From Candidatus Poribacteria bacterium (GTDB lineage: Bacteria; Poribacteria; WGA-4E; WGA-3G), in the NCBI GenBank assembly GCA_965205015.1, contig OZ242029.1:5344001-5408000 (forward strand): a stretch of 64,000 nt of DNA, in the 5' to 3' direction. Both the position numbers and the translations under genes were made by a program. The notes under the pieces are model-generated. The model ran no database searches and had not been told where the DNA came from. It worked only from the letters and a program-made list of their open reading frames with translations. Of the stretch, positions 28,667-38,718 are shown in pieces; the first letter of the stretch is position 1, and each line of letters starts with the position of its first letter.

Positions 28667-31600
28667 TTAATCGTCTGCAGGAACTGCAACACTTGACAAT
28701 TCTTCGTCTGAGACGGGACGGAAGCGTGCTTCTGGGTTTTTCAAAACGAGTCTACGAAGGTCCGTTGTGATGGCATATAATCCCGGCATCACGAACAGCG
28801 TCATCAATGTTGCAACGGCGAGTCCGAAAATGATCGTATACGCCATCGGCATCCAGATAGGCGACTTACCACCTAACCCGATTGCCATCGGAATGAGTCC
28901 GAAAATCGTCGTCACCGTGGTGAGAACAATTGGACGCAATCGGAGACTACTGCCTTTCAGAATAGCGTACCACTTGTTATACCCCTTTTCTCGGTATGTG
29001 TTAATGAAGTCGATAAGAACAATTGAATCGTTCACCACAATCCCCGCGAGTGCGACGATACCAAACATCGCGACGATACTCAGCGTCGCATTGGAAAGGA
29101 GGAGGCCAATCATCGCACCGATCATACCGAATGGAACAGCAAACATAATGATAATCGGTTGTATAAACGACCTGAATTGTGCACCCAATACGACATAGAT
29201 GAGCAATAACCCAACAATGAACAACTTCCACAACTCGGAAAAGGATTCTGTAATTTCATCAAAAACCCCTCGAAAATCGAGTTGGTATCCCGGATACAAA
29301 GATTCTATATCAGCAAATGCGCTGATGAGCGATTGATTCACTTTAAAGGCAGTCGTCTTTTCTCTATTTACCGAGGCATAAACCGTAATTGCCCGTTCTC
29401 CCTCGAATCGATGGACATCTGCGTATCCCTTTTTCTCCACGATGTCCGCAACATCCTTGAGTGGAACAATCGCACCGGTGGGTGTTGCGATCAAGAGGTT
29501 ATTAAGTTCAGCAAGATTTGTAAGTGTGTCCTCCTCATATTTGACGATGACATTAATCGCCTCGTCTGCTTCACGATAGGTTGTCGCTTTAGCCCCGTCA
29601 ATCGCTGTCCGAATGGTTTGTGCAACCTGAAACGTCGTTAATCCATATTGATATGCTTTCTCCTGATTCAAGTAGATGTGCAGTTCAGATTTTCCGATGC
29701 TGAAGTCATCTCGGATATCGTAAACGCCATCTATCTGAGATAGAGCTGTCTTAAAAACGCCAGTGAGTTCAATTAGATTCTCAAATCTCGGTCCTTTTAC
29801 TTTGACGCTCACATCTGCTACTTGTGGTGCCCCCCCGTCCTGTGTGACGAAACTCAGCCGCTCAATTCCGCTAATGGTTGTGGTTTTCGTCCGTAGGTCT
29901 GCGATGATCTCATCCACACCACGGGTGCGTTCTTGCTTTGGTGTGAGCTCGACGATTACCTCTCCTAAATTTGAGCCGTAGGTAACACTTCTTCTTACCA
30001 AACCTGACATAAATGTGTGTAAACCGACATTGCTGACGACCGCATCAACTTCAGTTGATGGAAGTCCTTTAGCCATCTCTTCAATTTGGACAATTACTTC
30101 TGTTGTTTCCTGTATTCCGTAGGAAGGCGGCATTTCGGCTTGGACATAAAATTGTGGGAACTCTTCACCAGGGAAGAGTTCCCTGTCAAGAATAAAAAAT
30201 GCCCCGATGCATGCAACCAATCCGAAGAAGAGGACACTCCCTACAAACGCATATCGGTGTCGAATGGTTATTTTCAGGATTCTAACATATCGGTTCCGAA
30301 TTAATTCAAAAAACATGGCAAACCACACGAAAAAGCCGACAATGCGGACACCGAGAGTGAAACCGCTCGGAGACTCGGTTCGGAGATTTTCAAGCCTGCT
30401 GCGTCCTGTGCGAATTTTGGTTCTTCCCCATTCAGCGACGTGTGCTGGTAAAATTACGAAGACTTCAAAAAGAGAGGCTATCAACACCAGAATCGCCATA
30501 ACCGGCACGATCCGCATAAACTGTCCAGTAACACCTGACATAAACATCAACGGTCCAAAAGCACAGATTGTCGTCAAACTTGCCGCTACAACGGGCCAAC
30601 CGACCTCTTCCGCCCCACGAATGGCGGCAACTTTCGGTGATTCGCCTGCCTCAATATGCCGGTAGATGTTCTCTATGACAACGATAGCATCGTCAACAAC
30701 GATTCCAACGACTAAGATAAGCCCAAACAAGGAGACACCGCTGAGTGTATAACCAGTAATGGACATAAACCAAAATGTTGCCATGAACGCCACCGGTATG
30801 CCGAGTGCTGCAAATAGGGCATTCCGCCATCCAATAAAGAGAAGGAGCATTAGCACAACAAGCACCAAACCGAAAAACGCATTTGTTTCAAGAATTCCCA
30901 ATCGTTCTTTGAGAACAACGGAATAGTCATTAACAACCGTCAACTCAGCACCTTCAGGGAGATTCATTCTCCGATTGTCGACTAATTCTCGAAGTTTAGC
31001 AACTAATGCAATTGTGTTTCCTTCAGTCTTCTTTTGCACGCTCAGGCTAATCGAAGGTTGTCCATCAAGTCGCGATAGCGTTCGCACCTCCTCGTAGGTG
31101 TCAGAGATCGTTGCAACATCTTTCAGACGGAGAAGCGTCCCTATCGACTGAACTGTGATGAGAGTTTCGCCAATAGTGTCTAAATCGGTGAATTCTCCCA
31201 TCGTTCGGATCATGAATTCTGTGCCTCCCAGTTCCATTGTGCCGGCGGGGAGATTCAAGTTGTTTGTTCCCAGCGCGGTAATGACCGCTGAAATTGGGAG
31301 TTGATATGCCTTCAATCGATCCGGGTTCACCTCAATCCATATTTCCCTCTCACGGAGACCCGCCATTCGGACAGAGGCGATGTTTTTGATGCCCGAGATT
31401 TCATCTTTGAGATTTTCAGCAATATCCCGCATCTGCGTTTCCGCAATATTTCCACCTACAACAATCGTCAAAATAGGAAAACCAAATGAGATATCAAATT
31501 CTTCGACCCTCGGATCATCTAAAATCTCCTCTGGCAACGCATTTACCTGCTCAACAGCGGTGCGTAGGTTTTCAAGTTCCTTGTCAAAATCCCGGTCGCT

Positions 31601-31897
31601 TATCTCCTCAAAATCGACAAAGATAACAGAACGCCCCTCTGAAGAGTTAGAAAACAATAATTCAACTTTGTTGACGTCCTCCTCAATAGCATCTTCAATA
31701 GGAGCAGTGACAAGCTTTTCAACTTCTTCTGGGGATGCTCCGGGATATAACGTTGTCACAACTGCGCTCTGTACTGAGACTTCTGGGGTGAGTTCCCGCG
31801 GTAGGTTCATCCATGCGTACACCCCAAAAACGATGATTATAATCATCAAGAGATTCGCTAAAACAGGATTGTTTACGGATATTTTGGGGATGGACAT
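28667..31897 (-). CDS. RND efflux transporter permease (AcrB/AcrD/AcrF family), copy 2
   Basis: YPGASPEEVE, GIVVDDAIVVIEN, GIVVNDSIVL and RLRPIVLT. 1076 aa. Confidence 0.95.
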   Translation of the reverse strand: MSIPKISVNNPVLANLLMIIIIVFGVYAWMNLPRELTPEVSVQSAVVTTLYPGASPEEVEKLVTAPIEDAIEEDVNKVELLFSNSSEGRSVIFVDFEEISDRDFDKELENLRTAVEQVNALPEEILDDPRVEEFDISFGFPILTIVVGGNIAETQMRDIAENLKDEISGIKNIASVRMAGLREREIWIEVNPDRLKAYQLPISAVITALGTNNLNLPAGTMELGGTEFMIRTMGEFTDLDTIGETLITVQSIGTLLRLKDVATISDTYEEVRTLSRLDGQPSISLSVQKKTEGNTIALVAKLRELVDNRRMNLPEGAELTVVNDYSVVLKERLGILETNAFFGLVLVVLMLLLFIGWRNALFAALGIPVAFMATFWFMSITGYTLSGVSLFGLILVVGIVVDDAIVVIENIYRHIEAGESPKVAAIRGAEEVGWPVVAASLTTICAFGPLMFMSGVTGQFMRIVPVMAILVLIASLFEVFVILPAHVAEWGRTKIRTGRSRLENLRTESPSGFTLGVRIVGFFVWFAMFFELIRNRYVRILKITIRHRYAFVGSVLFFGLVACIGAFFILDRELFPGEEFPQFYVQAEMPPSYGIQETTEVIVQIEEMAKGLPSTEVDAVVSNVGLHTFMSGLVRRSVTYGSNLGEVIVELTPKQERTRGVDEIIADLRTKTTTISGIERLSFVTQDGGAPQVADVSVKVKGPRFENLIELTGVFKTALSQIDGVYDIRDDFSIGKSELHIYLNQEKAYQYGLTTFQVAQTIRTAIDGAKATTYREADEAINVIVKYEEDTLTNLAELNNLLIATPTGAIVPLKDVADIVEKKGYADVHRFEGERAITVYASVNREKTTAFKVNQSLISAFADIESLYPGYQLDFRGVFDEITESFSELWKLFIVGLLLIYVVLGAQFRSFIQPIIIMFAVPFGMIGAMIGLLLSNATLSIVAMFGIVALAGIVVNDSIVLIDFINTYREKGYNKWYAILKGSSLRLRPIVLTTVTTIFGLIPMAIGLGGKSPIWMPMAYTIIFGLAVATLMTLFVMPGLYAITTDLRRLVLKNPEARFRPVSDEELSSVAVPADD

Positions 31898-32012
31898 CGC
31901 GATTAGATTTGGCTGTGTGAGGTTGGAATTTGGTATTAATCTACAGATATTTTGGCTGTAAAGTCAAAAAGTGTATAAGGCGAGGTCAGCAAACCTCGCC
32001 TTGCCATTCTAA

Positions 32013-35000
32013 TCAATCATCAGCCGGGACAGCGACCCCTAACAAGTCTTCCTCTGAAACGGTTCGGAAGCGTTCTTCCGGATTTCTCAGGACGAGACCT
32101 CGTAGATCTGTTGTGATTGCGTAAAGCGCAGGCATCACAAACAACGTCATCGTGGTTGCGAGCGCGAGCCCGAAGATGATGGTATACGCCATCGGCATCC
32201 AGATCGGCGATTTTCCGCCGAGACCGACTGCCATCGGGATAAGTCCGATAATTGTTGTCAGTGAGGTGAGGATAATCGGACGTAATCGGACATACCCGCC
32301 TTTCAGGATCGCATACCACTTGTTATGACCCCGTTCTCGGTAAGAATTGATAAAGTCAATAAGCACAATTGAATCGTTCACCACAATTCCAGAGAGTGCA
32401 ACGATCCCAAACATCGCAACCATACTCAGCGTCGCATTGGCAAGGAGTAAACCAACCATCGCACCTATCATCCCGAACGGCACAGCGAACATAATGATAA
32501 TCGGTTGTATAAACGATTTAAATTGCGCCCCTAACACAACATAGATTAACAGCAGCCCGACGATGAACAATTTCCACAACTCGGAGAAGGACTCTATAAT
32601 CTCATCGAAAAGTCCTCGAAAATCGAGTTGGTATCCAGGATACAAGGATTCCACGTTCGCGAATGTACCGATGAGTACCTGATTTACCTTAAAGGAGGTC
32701 GTTTTTGCCCTATCTACAGAGGCATAAACTGTAATCGCTCGTTCACCGTCAAAGCGGCGGATATCAGAATAGCCTTTCTCCTCTGTGATATCGGCGACAT
32801 CCTTGAGGGGAACAATCGCACCCGTGGGTGTTGCAATCAATAGATTATTCAGTTCAGAAAGGTTTCCGAGTGTATCTTCTTCGTATTTGACGATGACATC
32901 AATTGCCTCGTCTGCTTCACGATACGTTGTCGCTTTGGCGCCTTCAATAGCAGTACGCACTGTTTGGGCAATCTGAAATGTGGTTAACCCGTACTGGTGT
33001 GCTTTTTCCGGTTTCAGGTAGATACGCAGTTCGGATTTACCTGTGCGAAAGTCGTCTCGAATGTCGTAGACACCCTCCATTTGCGACAGTGACGCTTTAA
33101 GGGTATCACTGAGCGCAATAAGTTGTTCAAATCTCGGTCCCTTTACTTTGACTTCAACGTCTTGTCCTTGTGGGGGGCCGCCTTCTTGTGTGATGAAATT
33201 CAGTTCCTCAATTCCACTAACACCTGTGGTTTTCGTCCGTAGGTCTGCGATGATGTCATCCACCCCTCGCGTGCGTTCCTGTTTGGGTGTCAGTTCAACG
33301 ATAACCTCCCCGAAATTTGAGCCGTAGGTGACACCTTCCATCATCCCTGAAGTCGGCGTGTGTAAACCGATGTTGCTGACGATTGCAGCGACTTCATTTG
33401 ACGGAAGTGTTTTGGCGGCTTCTTCAAGTTGCGCGATGACGGCTGTTGTTTCTTGCATGCCATAGGAGGGCGGCATTTCGGCTTTAACGTAGAATTGTGG
33501 GAAATCTTCACCGGGAAACAGCTCCTTGTCGAGAACGACAAACGCACTAACGCACGCGATTAAGCCGATGCAGAGGACACTCCCTACAAAGGTGTACCGG
33601 TGACGAATCGTTATTTTCAAGATTCTAACATATCGGTTCCGGATCAGGTCAAAAACCGTGCCGAACCACGCGAAAAATCCGATGATATAGGCACTCAGGG
33701 CAAAGGTATTCGGGGCTCGAGTGCGAAGACGATCGAATCTGCTCTGTCCTGTCTGGGTTTTCGTCCTGCCCCACTCCGCAACGTGCGCCGGTAAGATCAC
33801 GAACACTTCAAAGAGTGAAGCCAATAGGACAAGAATCGCCATAATTGGCACGACCCGCATAAACTGACCGGGAACGCCGGACATAAACATTAGCGGACCG
33901 AATGCGCAGATCGTCGTCAAACTGGCGGCTAAGACGGGCCAGCCGACCTCTTCTGCCCCGCGAATCGCTGCAACTTTTGGGGGGTCGCCTCTCTCAATAT
34001 GTCGATAAATGTTTTCTATCACCACGATAGCGTCGTCCACAACAATCCCGACGACTAAAATCAGTCCAAACAGGGACACGCCGCTGAGGGAGTAGCCACC
34101 CACAGACATGAACCAAAACGTCGCCATGAACGCAACCGGTATGCCGAGTGCTGCGAATAGGGCGTTCCGCCAGCCGATAAACAGGAGAAGCATCAATACA
34201 ACAAGTATCAAACCGAAAAACGCGTTTGTTTCTAGAATACCCAGTCGCTCTTTGAGGATCACCGAATAGTCGTTAACGGCTGTCAATTCAGCACCTTCAG
34301 GGAGATCGACGCTCCGTTTTTTAACGAGTTCTCGAAGTTCGGCAACTAACGCAATGGTATTTCCTTCGGTCTTTTTTTGGACACTCAAACTAATGGAGGG
34401 GGCTCCATAGATACGGGATAAGGTCCTCGCTTCTTCATAGGTGTCCGAGACGGTTGCGACATCTTTCAGACGCAGCGGGGTCCCTGTCGGTTGCACAGCG
34501 ATGATGGTCTCGCCAATGGTGTCTGGGTTTGTGAATTCGCCCATTGTCCGCACCATGAACTCCGTGCTACCCAGTTCCATCGTGCCAGCCGGGAGATTCA
34601 AATTACTGGCACCGAGTGCAGTGATGATAGATGCAATGGGAATACGATACGCCTTCAACCGATCTGGGTCCACTTCAATCCATATTTCCCGCTCACGGAG
34701 ACCGGCGATTCGGACGGAGGCAATGTTTTTGATGTCTAAGATTTCGTCCTTGAGGTTTTCGGCAATATCCCGCATCTGCGTTTCCGAAATGCTGCCCCCC
34801 ACAACAATCGTCAACATCGGAAAGCCAGAGGAGATATCCAATTCTTCAACTTTCGGATCGTCCAAAATCTCTGCTGGCAATTCGTTCACCTGCTCTACAG
34901 CCGTGCGGAGGTTCTCGAGTTCCTTGTCGAAATCTCGATCACTCATCTCTTCAAAATCGACGGAGATAACGGATCTGCCTTCCGAAGAGTTAGAGAACAG

Positions 35001-35240
35001 CAGGTTGATTTTGCTGACATTTTCTTCGATAGCGTCTTCAATCGGGGCGGTGACGAGTTTTTCAACTTCTTCCGGCGAAGCCCCCGGATACAGCGTTGTT
35101 ATGGTGGCACTCTGTAATGCGATTTCTGGGGTAAGTTCTCGGGGTAGGTTTATCCATGCATACACCCCGAAAGCGATGATGATAATCATTAGCATATTTG
35201 CTAAGACCGGGTTATTCACGGACATTTTGGGGATAGACAT
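32013..35240 (-). CDS. RND efflux transporter permease (AcrB/AcrD/AcrF family), copy 1
   Basis: Same motifs as copy 2. 1075 aa, and near-identical to the downstream copy over long stretches. Confidence 0.95.
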   Translation of the reverse strand: MSIPKMSVNNPVLANMLMIIIIAFGVYAWINLPRELTPEIALQSATITTLYPGASPEEVEKLVTAPIEDAIEENVSKINLLFSNSSEGRSVISVDFEEMSDRDFDKELENLRTAVEQVNELPAEILDDPKVEELDISSGFPMLTIVVGGSISETQMRDIAENLKDEILDIKNIASVRIAGLREREIWIEVDPDRLKAYRIPIASIITALGASNLNLPAGTMELGSTEFMVRTMGEFTNPDTIGETIIAVQPTGTPLRLKDVATVSDTYEEARTLSRIYGAPSISLSVQKKTEGNTIALVAELRELVKKRSVDLPEGAELTAVNDYSVILKERLGILETNAFFGLILVVLMLLLFIGWRNALFAALGIPVAFMATFWFMSVGGYSLSGVSLFGLILVVGIVVDDAIVVIENIYRHIERGDPPKVAAIRGAEEVGWPVLAASLTTICAFGPLMFMSGVPGQFMRVVPIMAILVLLASLFEVFVILPAHVAEWGRTKTQTGQSRFDRLRTRAPNTFALSAYIIGFFAWFGTVFDLIRNRYVRILKITIRHRYTFVGSVLCIGLIACVSAFVVLDKELFPGEDFPQFYVKAEMPPSYGMQETTAVIAQLEEAAKTLPSNEVAAIVSNIGLHTPTSGMMEGVTYGSNFGEVIVELTPKQERTRGVDDIIADLRTKTTGVSGIEELNFITQEGGPPQGQDVEVKVKGPRFEQLIALSDTLKASLSQMEGVYDIRDDFRTGKSELRIYLKPEKAHQYGLTTFQIAQTVRTAIEGAKATTYREADEAIDVIVKYEEDTLGNLSELNNLLIATPTGAIVPLKDVADITEEKGYSDIRRFDGERAITVYASVDRAKTTSFKVNQVLIGTFANVESLYPGYQLDFRGLFDEIIESFSELWKLFIVGLLLIYVVLGAQFKSFIQPIIIMFAVPFGMIGAMVGLLLANATLSMVAMFGIVALSGIVVNDSIVLIDFINSYRERGHNKWYAILKGGYVRLRPIILTSLTTIIGLIPMAVGLGGKSPIWMPMAYTIIFGLALATTMTLFVMPALYAITTDLRGLVLRNPEERFRTVSEEDLLGVAVPADD

Positions 35241-35404
35241 GGCGGTAATATTTCTCCTTGCTCTTGCTCTTTTGCCCGCTAAGTCGCTTTAAGCGTTTTC
35301 TTTTGATGCTGTTCGATTTTGATTAAGAGGGACTATGGGGCAATACTTACACTGCCCCATTTTGAATCTGTTGGTGTGTTGGGCGGATTTCAGTCCACCC
35401 AAGA

Positions 35405-36142
35405 TTATCGACTCGTTTTAAGGGTGCTCCATGTCGTCGTTAACTTGCCATTTGGAGCAACTTCCAAGGGTTCAATCCCTTCACCTTCAATGGAGAGTGT
35501 ATCGACAAGGAACGTAACTGTTTGACCGCCCCAACTGTTCATAAAACCGATACCGACGCGTTCTACATCGAACTTGTGGTTCCACGTTTTGTTTCCAGAG
35601 AGGGTCCAGTCATCCTTTTCACTTTCGCGGTAGTAGCCTGAAAACAGATCGTCCTCTTTAACGATCTTAAGATGAAGTGGGACATCAAATCCGGTCTGGA
35701 AGTGTCCTTTGTCTTGCCAACCGCCTTGAACCATGCTGCCGATAAGTGTCTTTTGTGGCTGATTGGCTTCGCCACCGAACAACAGACACGCATAGTTCAA
35801 ATCTTCATCACTGTAGAGGAAAATACCGATCCATGAATCAGCGGGTTTATCCGGTTCGGTGGAAAAGATCCCACTCACCGTTATGTTTTTCGCTGCACTT
35901 TTCGGGATTTCCCGTTCAAGCATCGGTTTGTCGGGTGTTGTATGCCCCCAACCCCCTTTCGGATTGGTCATCTGTAGGAAGCCGTCTTTGACTTCAAACG
36001 TCGTAACTTCATCGCGATAATCACGGAACTCCCATCCCTCAACGAGTTCGGTGCCATCAAAGGGATCCGTCCATACACCAGCGGAAACTGCTCCGACAGT
36101 GAAGCACAGTAGGATTCCGCATACGAGAATCATAATTCGCAT
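35405..36142 (-). CDS. Secreted beta-sandwich (ConA-like/DUF1349-like) protein with a GKLTTTW tail
   Basis: AAGGAG RBS before ATG 36142, a signal peptide, and C-terminus VAPNGKLTTTWSTLK. Confidence 0.75.
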   Translation of the reverse strand: MRIMILVCGILLCFTVGAVSAGVWTDPFDGTELVEGWEFRDYRDEVTTFEVKDGFLQMTNPKGGWGHTTPDKPMLEREIPKSAAKNITVSGIFSTEPDKPADSWIGIFLYSDEDLNYACLLFGGEANQPQKTLIGSMVQGGWQDKGHFQTGFDVPLHLKIVKEDDLFSGYYRESEKDDWTLSGNKTWNHKFDVERVGIGFMNSWGGQTVTFLVDTLSIEGEGIEPLEVAPNGKLTTTWSTLKTSR

Positions 36143-36261
36143 GGTAATTCTCCTTTTCATTTCAGACATTATAGCATATAGCCCAAGTTGCCATTTAAAA
36201 GATTTTAGACAGACATACACCATTTTTGATTAAAAATATAACACACTTCCACAATTGCGGG

Positions 36262-37041
36262 CTATCGGTTCGCTTTGAGCGTTGCCCAAGTTGAGGTTAA
36301 TTTGCCTGCTGGTTCAACGTTTAATCCACCGAGTGCTTTTGCTAATCCATGTTCCACAATGATTGTCAGATCGTCTTCACTGAGAACGGTGTTAAAAATG
36401 GCGGCTTCATCGATAATCCCCACGAAGTATGAACCGCCACCCCATTTACCAATTTCAACGGGATTTGGTGTAACAGCCGTTTTTCCGGGACGTGTGCTCA
36501 CCCCCGCTTTTTTGCCATTTACGTACACAACGAGTTGCTCATTTTTCTCGTTGATGTCATAAGTCGCTGCGAAGTGGATCCATTTTTTTTCATCAGGAAC
36601 GTGTGAGGAGGCTCTCGGTTCCCAACTTCCGCCGGGCTTGACAAACGCTGACATTTTATTGCCTTCCTGTGGCGGATCAATCCGCAAGAGATATTCGTTA
36701 CTTTTCGCAATGAGTTGCCGCCACGTGGAAATATCTGTGGCAAAAAACCATGCCATCATGGTGAGTTCTTCACCGAGTTGTAGTTCCGGTGTTGAGTCGA
36801 TGGACACCCACTGGGCGCCATCAAACTCAAGGGCTTTTCCGATCTTTCCATCTTTCCACTTGGCACCGTTAATTGTGCCGTCGTGTCCGAGTCCTGAAGC
36901 GTCTTTGGTTGTTTTACCCGCCCCTTCATCAAAGAGCCACACACCAACGGCTGTTTCAGGATCGATTTCAGCAGAACAGATCTGTGGGAGTGTCGAAGCG
37001 ATTAAACAAACGACGCCTAAAATCAATATCAATTTTCGCAT
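36262..37041 (-). CDS. Secreted LamG-like jellyroll protein with a GKLTSTW tail
   Basis: WLFDEG..., GKIGKALEFDG, WIHFAATYD, YVNG and F.GIIDE. C-terminus VEPAGKLTSTWATLK. Confidence 0.9.
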   Translation of the reverse strand: MRKLILILGVVCLIASTLPQICSAEIDPETAVGVWLFDEGAGKTTKDASGLGHDGTINGAKWKDGKIGKALEFDGAQWVSIDSTPELQLGEELTMMAWFFATDISTWRQLIAKSNEYLLRIDPPQEGNKMSAFVKPGGSWEPRASSHVPDEKKWIHFAATYDINEKNEQLVVYVNGKKAGVSTRPGKTAVTPNPVEIGKWGGGSYFVGIIDEAAIFNTVLSEDDLTIIVEHGLAKALGGLNVEPAGKLTSTWATLKANR

Positions 37042-37256
37042 TTTTGTCTCCTGCACGCATTATATCTCGGAGAAGTTCCTTGATAATCAAATTTTGGTAA
37101 GTTGCATTCAGTCTCATAATTATAACACGCTGTCCGCCGCCATAACAAATGAAAATACTGGAAACATTCGCTAAATTTCTAATTGGACATGCAACCAAAA
37201 TTGTGATACACTAAATACAAACGTAATCAGAAATTGCCATGCAGAAGGAATCGATT

Positions 37257-38690
37257 ATGAACCAGAAAGAACAACTCATTGCTGATCTTACTACACTCCT
37301 TGGGTCTAAAAATGTGCTGACGGATGCGACTGCCCTCTCCGTGTATGAATGCGATGCGGCTCCCTCTTTTAAGGCGATGCCGGATGTCGTTGTCTTCGCA
37401 GATACGGCGCAGCAGGTATCAGATATCGTAAAGTTGGCGAATAAATACAACACCCCATTTATCGCCCGTGGCGGCGGCACCGGCTTGAGTGGCGGAATGC
37501 TCTCCGTGCAAGGTGGGATTATCATTGCCCTCAACCGGATGGACCGTATCTTGGAAGTAGATCTTGAAAATGAACGCGCGGTTGTTGAACCCGGTGTGGT
37601 GAATCTCTTGTTGACACAGGCGGTGCAAAGCCAAGGCTATCACTACGCCCCGGATCCGTCAAGCCAGAAGGCATGCACGATAGGCGGGAACATCGCCGAA
37701 AATTCTGGTGGACCCCATACCTTGAAATACGGTGTTACCTCCGACCATGTGCTTGGATTGGAGGTCGTTTTGCCCGATGGTGAAATTGTTGAATTGGGGG
37801 GAGCGGTCGAGGAAACACCCGGCTACGACCTGCGTGGTGTGATGATCGGTTCGGAAGGCACATTTGGGATTGTAACGAAAGCAATCGTTCGGCTGACCCG
37901 GAATCCGCAGGCGTATCAAACCGTTCTCGCTGTCTTTGAGACGATGGACGATGCGTCTAACGCCGTCTCAACGATTATCGGTGAAGGTATTATTCCGGCT
38001 GCCCTTGAAATGATGGACACGCTCGTCATTCGCGCTTTGGAAGAAGCCTTCCAGTTCGGGTTCCCGCTTGATGCTGAAGCGATTCTGATTGTGGAACTCG
38101 ACGGTATTGAGGCAGGCATGCAGAACCAGACTGATCAGATTCTGGAAATATTCAAACAGCACAACGCACGGGAAGTGGATTACGCCAAAGATGAGGCGGA
38201 GCGACAACAACTTTGGAAGGCGCGAAAAAGCGCGTTTGGTTCATTTGGAAGACTCGCACCGAACTACATTACGCAGGATGGTGTCGTGCCACGGACGACG
38301 CTGCCGAAGGTGCTACGACGGATCTCTGAGATATCCGAGAAATATCAGATTCCCATCGCGAATGTGTTCCACGCCGGTGACGGCAATATTCATCCGATCG
38401 TTCTCTTTAACGAACGAGACGCCGATCAGTGCGAACGTGTAGAGCATGTCAACAAAGAGATCCTGACGGTATGTGCGGAAGTCGGTGGCACAATCACGGG
38501 GGAACACGGCATCGGCGTTGAAAAAATGGATTATATGCCCCTCATTTTCAGTTCTGCCGATATGCAAGTAATGGCGACAGTCAAGAAAGTCTTTAATCCT
38601 ACGGGACTCTGCAATCCCGGAAAGATTTTCCCAACCGCCGAATCCTATGAAAAATTAGGTTTGCAACCCGATGGTTTTCTATATTCATAG
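37257..38690 (+). CDS. glcD: Glycolate oxidase subunit GlcD (FAD-linked oxidase)
   Basis: RGGGTGLSGG, PDPSS, GGNIAENSGG, HAGDGNIHP and GEHGIG. Confidence 0.9.
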   Translation: MNQKEQLIADLTTLLGSKNVLTDATALSVYECDAAPSFKAMPDVVVFADTAQQVSDIVKLANKYNTPFIARGGGTGLSGGMLSVQGGIIIALNRMDRILEVDLENERAVVEPGVVNLLLTQAVQSQGYHYAPDPSSQKACTIGGNIAENSGGPHTLKYGVTSDHVLGLEVVLPDGEIVELGGAVEETPGYDLRGVMIGSEGTFGIVTKAIVRLTRNPQAYQTVLAVFETMDDASNAVSTIIGEGIIPAALEMMDTLVIRALEEAFQFGFPLDAEAILIVELDGIEAGMQNQTDQILEIFKQHNAREVDYAKDEAERQQLWKARKSAFGSFGRLAPNYITQDGVVPRTTLPKVLRRISEISEKYQIPIANVFHAGDGNIHPIVLFNERDADQCERVEHVNKEILTVCAEVGGTITGEHGIGVEKMDYMPLIFSSADMQVMATVKKVFNPTGLCNPGKIFPTAESYEKLGLQPDGFLYS

Positions 38691-38718
38691 TTTAACCGCT
38701 AAGGAGAAATTTATAAAA

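Noticed and set aside
34441-35292. Long antisense ORFs (283 aa here, 193 aa at 31380-31961, and others such as 16679-17452)
   Set aside because: These are shadows of real genes on the opposite strand. Their mutual similarity only mirrors the RND duplication.
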